Assembly: GCF_030013595.1 (NCBI RefSeq)
Contig: NZ_CP122769.1
Strand: one strand, 5' to 3'
Length of the DNA stretch: 64,000 nucleotides
Source of the DNA: Escherichia coli
Lineage (GTDB): Bacteria; Pseudomonadota; Gammaproteobacteria; Enterobacterales; Enterobacteriaceae
This document shows positions 21,456-31,481 of the stretch, one piece after another. A program made the position numbers and the translations under genes. Each line of letters begins with the position of its first letter. Positions within the stretch are counted from its first letter, which is position 1. The notes beneath the pieces were generated by a model that was not told the origin of the DNA, made no database searches, and saw nothing but the letters and a program-made list of their open reading frames with translations.

Positions 21456-22097
21456 TCAGAGCACCAGCTGGATTTCTGGTGGAGGAGGGGGAAGGGTATC
21501 AGTTCCGTTATTGATCCCCGCGCTTGTGCTGCCGGAAGACACGCTGGCCGATACCCATTTAAAGAAACCTGCAAACGCGGTTGAATCTAGCGTCTCCAGA
21601 GACACAACCTTATCGGTGAGCTGTTTTAAGTGCTCATGGCCTGCTTTAGGACCAACGGCGCAGGCAATGATGGATCCGAATCCCCGGCCGCGAATCGCTT
21701 TTACCGCTTCACCGTACGCCAGGGCATCAGAAGGGGTTCCATCAGTCATCAGGAATACCAGAGGACGCCAGTCTCCTTTTGTATCACCATCTGAGCGACG
21801 TACATCCCGTTCAACACACTGCATCAGACATTCAAGGGCAGCACCGGTGAACGTCCCGCCTGCGCTTGGCACAACGATGTCAGAAAACTGGAAGTCTTCC
21901 AGCGGCGTGAGAGGAATGAACTCACGCGCCTCATTGTCATAGGTGATAATGGAGATATGAACGCTTTCGAGGGCGTAGGGATCCTGGCGAAGAGCGCTAA
22001 GCATCGCCTGAATTCCAACGTTAACGGAATGGATGGACTCACCGCGCATCGAGCCGGATGTGTCGATAACAAGGTAAACAGGCAGGCGGCGCATCAC
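21456..22097 (-). CDS. terY: TerY (vWA domain) tellurite-resistance-associated protein
   Basis: MRRLPVYLVIDTSGSM MIDAS motif; 213 aa. Confidence 0.85.
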   Translation of the reverse strand: MMRRLPVYLVIDTSGSMRGESIHSVNVGIQAMLSALRQDPYALESVHISIITYDNEAREFIPLTPLEDFQFSDIVVPSAGGTFTGAALECLMQCVERDVRRSDGDTKGDWRPLVFLMTDGTPSDALAYGEAVKAIRGRGFGSIIACAVGPKAGHEHLKQLTDKVVSLETLDSTAFAGFFKWVSASVSSGSTSAGINNGTDTLPPPPPEIQLVL

Positions 22098-22735
22098 ATG
22101 TAATTCCTCAGGTGCGAGACAAACGAATCTGATTCTGAAGGCTCACCAATTGCCCTGAGTTTCCAGCCTGTAGCCTCGCGTATCAGCTCGGCAAAAACCA
22201 TGGAGCGCTGGCTGGCGAAGGCGGGTCCGCCAGAAAGATCGAATCGTGCCATTTCAATATTACGGGCATCTACTGCCCGGATGAAGGCATTCTGAACTTT
22301 ACCAAAGTGCTGCTGGAGCTTTTCACCATTGTAGATCTGAACGATGAACACAATTTTCTCGTACTGAGCGTCAAGGGAATTCAGGCGCACAATAATTTGC
22401 TCATCGTCACCATCACCGGCTCCGGTTCGGTTATCGCCCGTCAGCCAGATATTTCCTGACTTATGGCGAAGGCTGTTGAAAAAGATGATATCGCCATTCA
22501 CAAGCGTTGGTTTACCATTTTCCACATTGCCGAGATCGGTCACCTTTCCGGCTGAATTACACAGGAAAGCGATCACATCAAGGTCGTATTCTTCTTCTTT
22601 TTTACCAAAGATCCCGCCGAGGAAACCTTTCTTTTCCTCATTAATATCCCAACCCAGGCCGATAGTAACGGACGAGAGATCGTATTCATTTTTTTTCAGG
22701 CTTACGCCCTGGCCTTTGCTCAGACTGACAGACAT
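22094..22735 (-). CDS. terX: TerX (TerD-family) protein
   Basis: TerD-domain signature GDNRTGAGDGDDEQI; 213 aa. Confidence 0.85.
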   Translation of the reverse strand: MSVSLSKGQGVSLKKNEYDLSSVTIGLGWDINEEKKGFLGGIFGKKEEEYDLDVIAFLCNSAGKVTDLGNVENGKPTLVNGDIIFFNSLRHKSGNIWLTGDNRTGAGDGDDEQIIVRLNSLDAQYEKIVFIVQIYNGEKLQQHFGKVQNAFIRAVDARNIEMARFDLSGGPAFASQRSMVFAELIREATGWKLRAIGEPSESDSFVSHLRNYM

Positions 22736-22757
22736 GACATCCCCTTAATTAATAAAA

Positions 22758-23396
22758 TTATAAGACCACGTTTACTTCTGGCGGCGGCGGTGGCAGGTCT
22801 TCAAGACCGATCACTTCTTTTTTGCTGGACTCCACTTTCTGACTGCCTACCGAAATGCTCGCACTGACCCATTTAAAGAAAGCTTTAATCGTCGAACTGT
22901 CAGCTGTATCGAGCTGAACCACGATTTCAGTGATTTCTTTGAGGACGCTGGTATCGGCATCATGCCCGGCTGCACATGCCACAACAACGCCGGTTCTGGC
23001 CGCTTTAAAGTCATTCAGGCCTTTACGCCAGTCATCATTCGGACTTCCATCCGTCATCAGGAATACAAGGGGACGCCAGTCACCTTTAGTGTCAGCCGTC
23101 GTTTTCTGTACTTCTTTGGCAATGGAGCTGGCCGTCAGGGTAAGCGCTGCGCCAAGAGAGGTGGTGCCGCTGGCTGTTAGTGCTGGCATCTGGAAACTCA
23201 GGAGGTCTGTCAGGGGGACTGCCTGTCGGGCTGAAGAATCAAAGGTGATCACTGACACGTAAGCCGTTTCGAGTGCATACGGATCCTGTTTCAGCGTGGT
23301 AAGCAGCGTCTGAACGCCATTCTTAACCGCTTCGATAGGCTCTCCGTGCATAGAGCCGGACGTGTCGAGTAGCAGATATACGGGTAAGCGTCTCAA
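22758..23396 (-). CDS. terY: TerY (vWA domain) protein; probable TTG start
   Basis: LRRLPVYLLLDTSGSM; TTG at 23396 preceded by aaggaa RBS gives an N-terminus like the paralogues (the ATG-based ORF extends to 23477). Confidence 0.75.
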   Translation of the reverse strand: MRRLPVYLLLDTSGSMHGEPIEAVKNGVQTLLTTLKQDPYALETAYVSVITFDSSARQAVPLTDLLSFQMPALTASGTTSLGAALTLTASSIAKEVQKTTADTKGDWRPLVFLMTDGSPNDDWRKGLNDFKAARTGVVVACAAGHDADTSVLKEITEIVVQLDTADSSTIKAFFKWVSASISVGSQKVESSKKEVIGLEDLPPPPPEVNVVL

Positions 23397-23859
23397 ATGT
23401 AATTCCTTCTTAAGAGATCGGAAGAGGAGAGTAGTTTCAGGAAGAGGCCAGAGTTTGTAGATTTGATAAAACGGCACGACATCTGTCGGGTGGAGATTAA
23501 ATACTCAGAAGCGGCATTAAAGAAATAAGTTAACCACCATTGAATTACCGACATGTGAATGGCCTCTTATCAGAGAAAAAAATTCAGACCGTACTGGAAT
23601 ATAAAATTTCTGAAAAAAACTCCGGCAAAAATAAACTTTCTTATGTATGAAAATCATCATACATCACAGATCTGCATGAATGGAGTGTAAATCGCCCAAA
23701 GATTGATGTGTAGCACAAGAGGATGTCAAGACACCAGGTTTTGTAGGCAGAAAGGCGCTGCTGACATTGCGGGAGGAGAATAGATCAAAACTCCGTCACG
23801 CAGATACAGAGGTGAAATATGACAAAACCGGGGTTTTCACCCCGGTCTGAGATTTAGCG

Positions 23860-24327
23860 TCAGGACTTTTTAGCGCTGTATTCTTTTATCAGTTCATCAA
23901 CGGAGTGCAGAGCCAGCTTCTCTACCGCTTCACTTCGGGTCGAGCCACTCAGCGCAGCCAGACGGTCAATTTTTCTTAAAATCCGCATGCGTAGCGATAA
24001 TGACACGGCTGTTTTTTTATCCTTATCGAGTACGACCTTCCCTGTGGACTCACCGGTTTTCAGTTCAGCATTCTGTGCGAGCGCTTCATTCATCCGGCGA
24101 AGGGTCTTTTTATCCAGCTGGCCCGGATTAACGAGATGGTAGGAATGACCTGCCTTGCTGTATTTGATCTCCGCAGAATATGACTCGCGTAGCTCTTTGA
24201 GTGCCCGGGTTAATGTCGGCTCTGAGCATTCCAGACTGGTTATAATGTCGGCAGCGGAAACGGGCTTGCCGGTGCCCAGTAAGTTGGCAAGCTTAAAAAT
24301 CCGGGCCTGTCTGGTATTTAATTGCAT
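23860..24327 (-). CDS. terW: TerW-like DNA-binding protein
   Basis: 155 aa, position downstream of terY-terX-terY matches terW; predicted wHTH N-terminus. Confidence 0.65.
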   Translation of the reverse strand: MQLNTRQARIFKLANLLGTGKPVSAADIITSLECSEPTLTRALKELRESYSAEIKYSKAGHSYHLVNPGQLDKKTLRRMNEALAQNAELKTGESTGKVVLDKDKKTAVSLSLRMRILRKIDRLAALSGSTRSEAVEKLALHSVDELIKEYSAKKS

Positions 24328-24344
24328 CGTAAGATTTAGCCTGC

Positions 24345-25553
24345 TTAAAGGGTTAGTGGTTCAATAGGCTGAAAAATGAAGGTACTGCTCATCTTTCGAA
24401 TAACCGGGTGATCGCCTAACGCTTCAACCGGATCAATGTGTTCTAAGCCTGCAAAATTTACTGACGACATCTGGCTGCGACTGCATTTGCAGGACAGGAT
24501 ATACTCATCCTCCAGATAGCCGGTCCGCTTACTGACCCGTTGCGTAAAGCCTGACACAATCACGTTGTCGAACGGTAGCGTATGTAAAACGATACCGACC
24601 AGGCGGAACAAGCAGCCATGGACGTGGCGGGCATAGTTTTCGCGTACGGCTTTTTGCGTCATGGCTTTTTCCGTCAGCTCCGTGCCCCGGGCATTAACGC
24701 CGTAAATCTTATCAGGGAAATCTTCAATCTCAGCTAAATCAACATCCAGCAGGACTGCTGATAGCTCCGGCTTTACTTCAAATGCAACAAGCGTTTCACG
24801 CGGCCATTCAGTTTCTGCCAGCACACCCGCCAGGTATGATTCGAAAAACGCGGCGTCTGTCCGGAACTGCTGCCGGGCATCTGCCTGAGCCGTGGCGAGC
24901 CGTTTTTCATGTTCTTCAGCCTCAAACTTCCAGTTTGCATACTGTTCGGCCCAGGCCGTCCGTTGTTGCTGGTACCGGTGCTGTCGAAGGGTATTCTCAC
25001 GCTCCACATCAATCAGCTCCTGCTGCCACCGGCGAAGATTTTCGGCGTGGCGCTCAGCTTTAGCTGATTCCGATTCAAACCATTTACCCAGAAAACTAAT
25101 GCCTTCGCTCTCGGCAGGCTTTTCCGGCAATGCAAGATAGTCTGGCTTTTCTGGACGCACCGGTGCCGGAACCTGAAAAGGCGACGTTCTGTTATGCAGG
25201 TATACTGCTTCCAGCTCTGCCCAGCTGATGCCTGTTTTAGGATCCGGCGTCAGCTCGTGAATATTACGGATTGCGGTCACCGCTGACATGAGATCAGCGG
25301 CTTCCTCCTCAAGCGCCTGTCTGAGCCCCGGGTCGGTAGCCGTCCGGTTCCCACCTCCGGAACGCGCGGCCCGATCAAGCCGGGTACGGTAACTCAGCCC
25401 GGTACCGGGCAAGCCCAGATTGGCATAGGTCCCCCGGCTTCCAAAAGAAACGGAAGCACCTCTCGGCCCGACACTCAGGCTCGGTGCACCGTTACTCAGG
25501 TTGAGGCGAACACCAGGAATAATGTTGATCGACTTTCTGAATCTGAACCCCAT
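24345..25553 (-). CDS. ter-linked hypothetical protein with DUF4236-like N-terminus
   Basis: N-terminus MGFRFRKSINIIPGVRLNLSNGAPSLSVGPRG characteristic Gly/Ser-rich beta-rich start; acidic/coiled C-terminal half. Confidence 0.5.
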   Translation of the reverse strand: MGFRFRKSINIIPGVRLNLSNGAPSLSVGPRGASVSFGSRGTYANLGLPGTGLSYRTRLDRAARSGGGNRTATDPGLRQALEEEAADLMSAVTAIRNIHELTPDPKTGISWAELEAVYLHNRTSPFQVPAPVRPEKPDYLALPEKPAESEGISFLGKWFESESAKAERHAENLRRWQQELIDVERENTLRQHRYQQQRTAWAEQYANWKFEAEEHEKRLATAQADARQQFRTDAAFFESYLAGVLAETEWPRETLVAFEVKPELSAVLLDVDLAEIEDFPDKIYGVNARGTELTEKAMTQKAVRENYARHVHGCLFRLVGIVLHTLPFDNVIVSGFTQRVSKRTGYLEDEYILSCKCSRSQMSSVNFAGLEHIDPVEALGDHPVIRKMSSTFIFQPIEPLTL

Positions 25554-25563
25554 TATGATTTCC

Positions 25564-26523
25564 TTAATGATGCTGGGTCACGGTAAGTAATCTGATTCCA
25601 TCAGCGCTTTGCTCGTTCTGTAACCCATAAAAACGAGCTCTGTCCAGAATGCCAGCCGCCCAGCGGCGATGTGTGGCGGGTTCACACATTGCTCCCTGCG
25701 ACTTAAACACGGCCTGGGTAGAGTTCAGGATCCGCAGAGCGTCAGAATGCTCACCCTGAGTGACCATCAGCGCGTTTTGAATGACCTCTATCTGACCCGG
25801 GTGAATGGCCGTTTTCCCAACAAGCCCATGTGCCATATCAAGAGCCAGCTCTCTGGCCATTACGGCATGATCGTCAATATGCTCACATACGGGCGCGGTC
25901 AGGGCAAAATCACGCGGGCCGAAGACCGAAACGAGCATTTTGATGACGTAGCCCATCGGGCTGTCATACAGCGTCAGGTCCCGGGGACGGCGAAGCGACA
26001 CAACGTTCATAAGATCGTTGCCGCCGATTCGAAGCGCAATAATGCGGTCGTGGCAGGGATGTTCCACCAGACGGGTGGCCAGCTCCCGCATCTGAACCAC
26101 GTCAAAGACGTCTTCTGTTTCCAGCGTTGGCATCATGCACAGGTGAGTCCCGCCCATGATATCCCACCATTCAGCTAACGAACTGAGGGTAAATTTCGGC
26201 AACACAAACCCGTCGACAGCGGAAAGATCATAATGCGCTTTTAACCATCTGCCCATTTCGGCATGCCGGGGGCGAATGAACACCAGAGGCCAGTCATTTT
26301 TACCCAGGCTATGCATGCTGTTACTGAGCTCGTGCAGCAGGTGCTCCAGATTTTTGAGGGCGACGGGGATGTCTGCTTCACTGACAGCATCCTCCAGGCA
26401 AATCACCAGAGAGCGCAAACCCGGGATTTTCCCGTGCAGGACGGCATCAGCAATATCTTCCCGTGTTGCAGGCATGTATAGCGTGGCTCCCAGATTCCAG
26501 GGAGAAAGACGATTTTTCATCAA
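25564..26523 (-). CDS. HpcH/HpaI aldolase / citrate-lyase beta (CitE)-like TIM-barrel enzyme
   Basis: Overall CitE-like pattern (..FIRPRHAEMG.., ..LETEDVFD.., ..RIGGNDL..); ATGA overlap with upstream gene. Confidence 0.65.
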   Translation of the reverse strand: MMKNRLSPWNLGATLYMPATREDIADAVLHGKIPGLRSLVICLEDAVSEADIPVALKNLEHLLHELSNSMHSLGKNDWPLVFIRPRHAEMGRWLKAHYDLSAVDGFVLPKFTLSSLAEWWDIMGGTHLCMMPTLETEDVFDVVQMRELATRLVEHPCHDRIIALRIGGNDLMNVVSLRRPRDLTLYDSPMGYVIKMLVSVFGPRDFALTAPVCEHIDDHAVMARELALDMAHGLVGKTAIHPGQIEVIQNALMVTQGEHSDALRILNSTQAVFKSQGAMCEPATHRRWAAGILDRARFYGLQNEQSADGIRLLTVTQHH

Positions 26524-27599
26524 AGTACCTTCTTGATAATGGTTACAGCCCGATACTGGCCGAGGGTTCCCCCCATTTCTGTAACAACTATTCCCTTTTC
26601 ACGAGCAAGCCCTACAAGCAAGGCAACGTCCGGGTCGTCAATAGAACGCACAAATACATGGTCCGGTACCCGACGTAATACAGCCCGGGTTGCTTCAGCA
26701 ATACCGGGTTTTATACGATTGACGCTGTCCACTTTAAATTCATCGGCCAGGAACGCGATAACGTCGCGACTTGTCTGCCATAAGATCCGGGCTGACTCCG
26801 TATTCCAGCTCAGGGGAGCGAGGGATGACGGGGTTAACTTCTTACGGAAATGAGCGACGGTATCGACAAGCATCCGGCTGCATTCGAATTCACTGAGATG
26901 CTCGCAAACCATGCACCCGTGTAATCCTTCAGAGGACCACACTGACCGGGAGATCAGGCCTGACACCGGCGCACCCATGATGCCAAAAGGAATGAGCCAG
27001 TCATCATCACTGGCTGCAAGCCAGGAGCAGCCACAGGGATCGGCCAGGACAACCAGTCGCGGCTGCTCAGGATAGCCCGGGCGATCTTTCAGTGCGCGTA
27101 CAAGCTCTCCGGTAATTGCGCCTTTACCTGTCCATCCGTCAACAAAGACAATACCGCTGGTACCATGCCGCTCTTCAATGACGTCGAGGGCTGCACCGTC
27201 AATTCCACGATCCCGGATAATGCTGATACCGTAATGCCATGAGGTTTTCCCCATGTCACGCAGGGCCTGGTGCAGCATAACGCCGAGCGGCACGCCAGCC
27301 CTGACAAGACTGGCCAGTACAATGGGCTCATCACCAAAGCGTTTGGCCAGAGCAATAGCGAGCTGTGTGACTTCTTTTGCAAGTCTCTCTGCGCCCCGAT
27401 CCAGCGCCCGGTGAAACAAATCAAGATGCCATTGTGTTGGCGCTGGCTCCTGACTGAGCATGTCCGAATAATGTTTCTTCCCTGACTGAATCAGCTCTTC
27501 TTTTTGCTCAACCGGCGTCATCTCAATGACAACCGGCTTTAGCAGAAATTCCACGTCACCGGGCTGGTATGAGCCGGTAAATGTGTCATGTGGCTGCAT
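26520..27599 (-). CDS. ter-linked PRTase-like / StiP-like protein
   Basis: Member of the ter biosynthetic operon; start placed at internal ATG (27599) adjacent to HAD stop. Confidence 0.45.
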   Translation of the reverse strand: MQPHDTFTGSYQPGDVEFLLKPVVIEMTPVEQKEELIQSGKKHYSDMLSQEPAPTQWHLDLFHRALDRGAERLAKEVTQLAIALAKRFGDEPIVLASLVRAGVPLGVMLHQALRDMGKTSWHYGISIIRDRGIDGAALDVIEERHGTSGIVFVDGWTGKGAITGELVRALKDRPGYPEQPRLVVLADPCGCSWLAASDDDWLIPFGIMGAPVSGLISRSVWSSEGLHGCMVCEHLSEFECSRMLVDTVAHFRKKLTPSSLAPLSWNTESARILWQTSRDVIAFLADEFKVDSVNRIKPGIAEATRAVLRRVPDHVFVRSIDDPDVALLVGLAREKGIVVTEMGGTLGQYRAVTIIKKVL

Positions 27600-27600
27600 T

Positions 27601-28374
27601 TTAATTTTCTCCAAAAATTCGCTGTGAAATGGCATCTGCAAACTGACTCTGACGCGGGATGCCAAACCAGCTGCACAGTTTCATAAAACGATGATCGCTC
27701 AGGCTGTCGCCCAGGCCAATTACGGGGAAGACTCCGCGTTCAGCCCGAAGTTTTTCAAGCAGCCATCTGACTGCCAGCCCTTTCTCAACCGGGGTGGGAA
27801 GCCAGGCCACGTTATTACTGTTGCGGTGGATGTAGAAGCCCTCGGTCGGAAACACCGTTTCTATCTCATCTGCAATGGCATTGAGCTCGTCAAGGCGGGT
27901 GCTGTCGCGGTGCTTCATCACCATATAAACCGCCGTTTCACAGTATTCGAAGTTCAGCCTTGCCCAGGCATTGATCCCTTTTGCGTCCATCATTTCAGTG
28001 ATCAGACGCTGCATCGATGTCAGCTTTTCCTGGTAGGGAGCCAGCTGGCCAAGCATATGGGCCTTCCACTCCTCGTCGGGTTTGCCTTCAGGCGTGAGAA
28101 TGACGGCCCCGTGCGTGGTGATTGCCCAGGAGTGGAAAGGGATCCGGACGCGGCTGATTTCTTCAGTTCCCCGGGCGGTAACAGGTATGAGTTCAGCCTG
28201 CTCCAGGAGCCAGTCCACCAACATGGACTGTTCTTCCGTCATAAAGCTTCGTGGATTCAGGGTGCGATCAACGGCACCGGTACGGAATGGCTCCAGGGCC
28301 AGCTCGTCCACCATTTTACGACGGGTCTGAAAGAGCGTGTCGTCAAGGTCGCTCAGAACAACGGGTTTATTCAT
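27601..28374 (-). CDS. HAD-superfamily phosphatase
   Basis: HAD motif I VVLSDLDDTLF; start at internal ATG (MNKPVV) because the longer ORF overlaps the upstream PRTase by about 340 nt. Confidence 0.7.
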   Translation of the reverse strand: MNKPVVLSDLDDTLFQTRRKMVDELALEPFRTGAVDRTLNPRSFMTEEQSMLVDWLLEQAELIPVTARGTEEISRVRIPFHSWAITTHGAVILTPEGKPDEEWKAHMLGQLAPYQEKLTSMQRLITEMMDAKGINAWARLNFEYCETAVYMVMKHRDSTRLDELNAIADEIETVFPTEGFYIHRNSNNVAWLPTPVEKGLAVRWLLEKLRAERGVFPVIGLGDSLSDHRFMKLCSWFGIPRQSQFADAISQRIFGEN

Positions 28375-29515
28375 AGGTAACAATCTCCACGACGGGCGCA
28401 ACCTCAGCCAGGGCTTTAAGAAGCTGCGTGTCAATACTTTCTGCGGGTGTCTCAGTACACACAAGAATACGGTCAAACTGCTGGTGGGCGACGTTATAGA
28501 CAAAATTGGGGATGCCCAGCCCGTAGTTATCCGTAAAGGAAATGGCGGACTCAATGGCATAACCAACGGCGATAGGGGAGCGGGTGGTCGAACCATAAAG
28601 TGCCTGTGCTCCGGCAGCTTCGAGCCGTTCAGCAAGCAGGAACGGCTCCCAGACGAATTCCCCGGTCCCGAGAACCAGAATACGTTCCCCCTTGCGGACG
28701 GAGACCTCATGGCCGAGATCGGCCGCAGGTGCGAGCATCCCCAGTCGACCCCAGGACTGTTTTCCCAGGATGTCCCATTCTCCGCGTGAAGTTACGTTGA
28801 CTTTCGGCATGTCCGGGACAGGTGCATCAGGTAATGGGGTCCATCCCCACTGACCGCTTACAAGCGAAACCGAAGTGACGGGCAAGGATGTGCGCTCCGA
28901 CAGGGCGTTGCTACTCCAGTCGGTAAGCGTAACGGCGATAACCTGTTCAATATGTTGAAGCTTGCCGGTATTACGCAGGGCAGAAAGCAGGTTAATAAAG
29001 GTATTACCGGTGGTTGCCTCGTCATCAATCAAAACCAGCGTTCGTGCGTTGGTAACACGACGTCTTTTCTCTTCATCATCTGGCAGATAGATCAGATGAT
29101 CGGTGGCGTGGCTGTGTTCTTCCTTGAACTCGCAAAGTAACGTGCCATCAACCGGGTGACGGGTAGAGGTCAGATAGACAGATTCACGATGCTGGTGGCG
29201 CACTTCATCAAACACACCGGCCCCTAGCCCAACGGCGGTTTCAGCCATACCGATAAAAAGTACGGGCCCTGTCAGCGTTGCGGGGAACTGGCTGGCAAGC
29301 TGTCTGTAGGCCTGCCGCATGACTGAGGGTGGCACGGGAATGTGCCTGCCGAGTACTTTGCTGACAAACAGAAAGGCGCGTTTCGGGTTACGTCTTTCAG
29401 CGATATCAAACAGGTCATCGAGCGAAACATCACCCTGGTCGCGGGTTACCTGTATCGTACCGCATGAGAGGGTACGGCGATAAATCATATCTTCGAGGGT
29501 ATCAGACATAAACAC
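28367..29515 (-). CDS. phosphoribosyltransferase (PRTase) domain protein
   Basis: PRPP-binding motif LVLIDDEATTGNT. Confidence 0.7.
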   Translation of the reverse strand: MFMSDTLEDMIYRRTLSCGTIQVTRDQGDVSLDDLFDIAERRNPKRAFLFVSKVLGRHIPVPPSVMRQAYRQLASQFPATLTGPVLFIGMAETAVGLGAGVFDEVRHQHRESVYLTSTRHPVDGTLLCEFKEEHSHATDHLIYLPDDEEKRRRVTNARTLVLIDDEATTGNTFINLLSALRNTGKLQHIEQVIAVTLTDWSSNALSERTSLPVTSVSLVSGQWGWTPLPDAPVPDMPKVNVTSRGEWDILGKQSWGRLGMLAPAADLGHEVSVRKGERILVLGTGEFVWEPFLLAERLEAAGAQALYGSTTRSPIAVGYAIESAISFTDNYGLGIPNFVYNVAHQQFDRILVCTETPAESIDTQLLKALAEVAPVVEIVTYE

Positions 29516-29518
29516 GCC

Positions 29519-30577
29519 TTAATTCAGATGGTTAGAGAGTGATTCCGGGTAAACGATGACATCTGTGATGGATCTCACTGCAACCGGAGAAAAGGTATTT
29601 CTGGCGCTCTGGATCACCGCATCTTCAGACATCAGACCGAGCTTAAAGGCAGCAAACAACCCGGGAAGGTTCACCCCGCTGTGAAGGGTATAACCCACCC
29701 CGCCTGACGGACGCATGTTGGTTTCAAGCAGCACCGGGTTGCCATTCACATCGTTTCGCGTCTGAACATTCACCAGCCCGTCGGCCTTCATAACCCGGGC
29801 GCAGTCACAAGCCAGTTCCCAGGCGCTTCCTTCGTTTACCAGATACTGGATAGCCCCTTCCTTACGGCGTCCCACGGCTGCGAGTATTTCGCCCTTATCC
29901 GCGAGGATATCGACGGAAAATTCCGGGCCTGGCAGGTACGGCATCAAAACAAGGGGTTTAAACGACTCAGAAGCCGATGCTGCTGCAATATACTGTTGCG
30001 GACTGACCAGACGATGTTCGGGATGATTAAAGACGGCCATGGGCGAAGCACTGTCATCAAAGCGCCAGAATCCCATGCCATAGATACCCGTCACCGGCTT
30101 CACGCATACCGGGCTGTCCGAGAACGGCGGGGCCGCGAGGTGCGTCTTTAATTCTGCCAGCGTATTCACCCGCCAGGACGGTACGACCGGGAGCCCGTTT
30201 TGCTCCATAAACTGAGCAAAAGTAACTTTTTCGTCAGCCAGAGTTAACCAGTCGACGCCTGTTGCACCGGTAGTAAGGGTGGCTCCGGTCGATTCAATGG
30301 CTGAACGGTGTTCTTCAAACCACTGGCTGTTACGGCCAGTATGAATATGGTGGATGCCGTAGGTCTGAATGGTTTCCTGAATAAACTGAAGACGTTTTTG
30401 AGGATCTTCAGGTTCAGTCAAAGAATAATCGGCAACGGAAAGAATTTCATGTCTTTCGTTACGGTGGGAGGCAAATACGGTAATAGCAAAATTATTTTTT
30501 TGTGCAAATGATTTTACCCCCTGAATAATATCTCGCTGGGAGGACAAACCTTCCATAAACCAAATTTTCTTGTTCAT
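29519..30577 (-). CDS. ATP-grasp family ligase
   Basis: First gene of the ter-linked operon; ATP-grasp-like C-terminal region (..PVLLETNMRPSGG..). Confidence 0.6.
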   Translation of the reverse strand: MNKKIWFMEGLSSQRDIIQGVKSFAQKNNFAITVFASHRNERHEILSVADYSLTEPEDPQKRLQFIQETIQTYGIHHIHTGRNSQWFEEHRSAIESTGATLTTGATGVDWLTLADEKVTFAQFMEQNGLPVVPSWRVNTLAELKTHLAAPPFSDSPVCVKPVTGIYGMGFWRFDDSASPMAVFNHPEHRLVSPQQYIAAASASESFKPLVLMPYLPGPEFSVDILADKGEILAAVGRRKEGAIQYLVNEGSAWELACDCARVMKADGLVNVQTRNDVNGNPVLLETNMRPSGGVGYTLHSGVNLPGLFAAFKLGLMSEDAVIQSARNTFSPVAVRSITDVIVYPESLSNHLN

Positions 30578-30899
30578 TTTTTTTAATTATCCGGAACGCC
30601 ATGCAAATTTATGATTGAGAAGTGAGTCTATGAGTGTCTACGCTACATGTCAATCATAATATGATTAATAACTTCAGTGGTTATGGAGTGCGTCAGTGTT
30701 TTTTTAGTACCTTATAACGTATTGATATTTAAATTAAAAATAGAAAAATGAACACCATGAAAAGGATTTATTTTTGTGTTTTTGAAGAAAACTACCAAAA
30801 TTTCCCTTGTCAGAGAACTTCATCATGATATGATTTTCTTCGTCAGTTACTAAATATACCTTTGATTGTCTCGGTCATTACCATTTTAAGGAATAAAAC
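30578..30899. promoter_or_regulatory. AT-rich divergent promoter region between biosynthetic operon and terZ
   Basis: 322-bp AT-rich non-coding spacer between divergently oriented operons. Confidence 0.5.
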
Positions 30900-31481
30900 A
30901 TGGTTTCATTAGTTAAGAACCAGACGGTATCACTCAGCAAAGAATCAGCTGCATTAAGCCAGCTTCATTTCGGTCTCGGTTGGGATCCGGTTAAGAAAAA
31001 AGGTCTTCTTGGAGGATTGTTTGGAGGCAACGACTCAATCGATCTCGATGCTGGCTGCGTATTAATGGACAGCACCGGTAAAACAATTGACACCATCTGG
31101 TTCCGCAAACTGGAATCCACCTGCGGCGCTGTTGTGCACAGTGGCGATAACCTGACCGGTGAGGGTGACGGTGACGATGAGGTGATTAAGGTCAACCTCT
31201 CCCGACTGCCTGCAAACGTTGAATACCTGGCGTTTACGGTAAACAGCTTCCGTGGTCAGTCGTTCAATGACGTCGAAAACGCGTTCTGCCGCGTTGTCGA
31301 TCAAACCGGCAAAGAGCTGGCTCGCTACAAGCTGACTGAGCAGGGCTCACATACCGGGATCGTTATTTCTTCGCTGCGCCGTAATAACGGCAACTGGGAC
31401 TTTACCGCCCTTGGCCATGCCTGTCGCGGCCGCACAATTGACGATATGCACTCCGATATCGTTTCAGCGGTTATTCGCTAA
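30900..31481 (+). CDS. terZ: TerZ tellurite resistance protein (TerD family)
   Basis: 193 aa; [13 protein letters not shown] motif. Confidence 0.9.
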   Translation: MVSLVKNQTVSLSKESAALSQLHFGLGWDPVKKKGLLGGLFGGNDSIDLDAGCVLMDSTGKTIDTIWFRKLESTCGAVVHSGDNLTGEGDGDDEVIKVNLSRLPANVEYLAFTVNSFRGQSFNDVENAFCRVVDQTGKELARYKLTEQGSHTGIVISSLRRNNGNWDFTALGHACRGRTIDDMHSDIVSAVIR

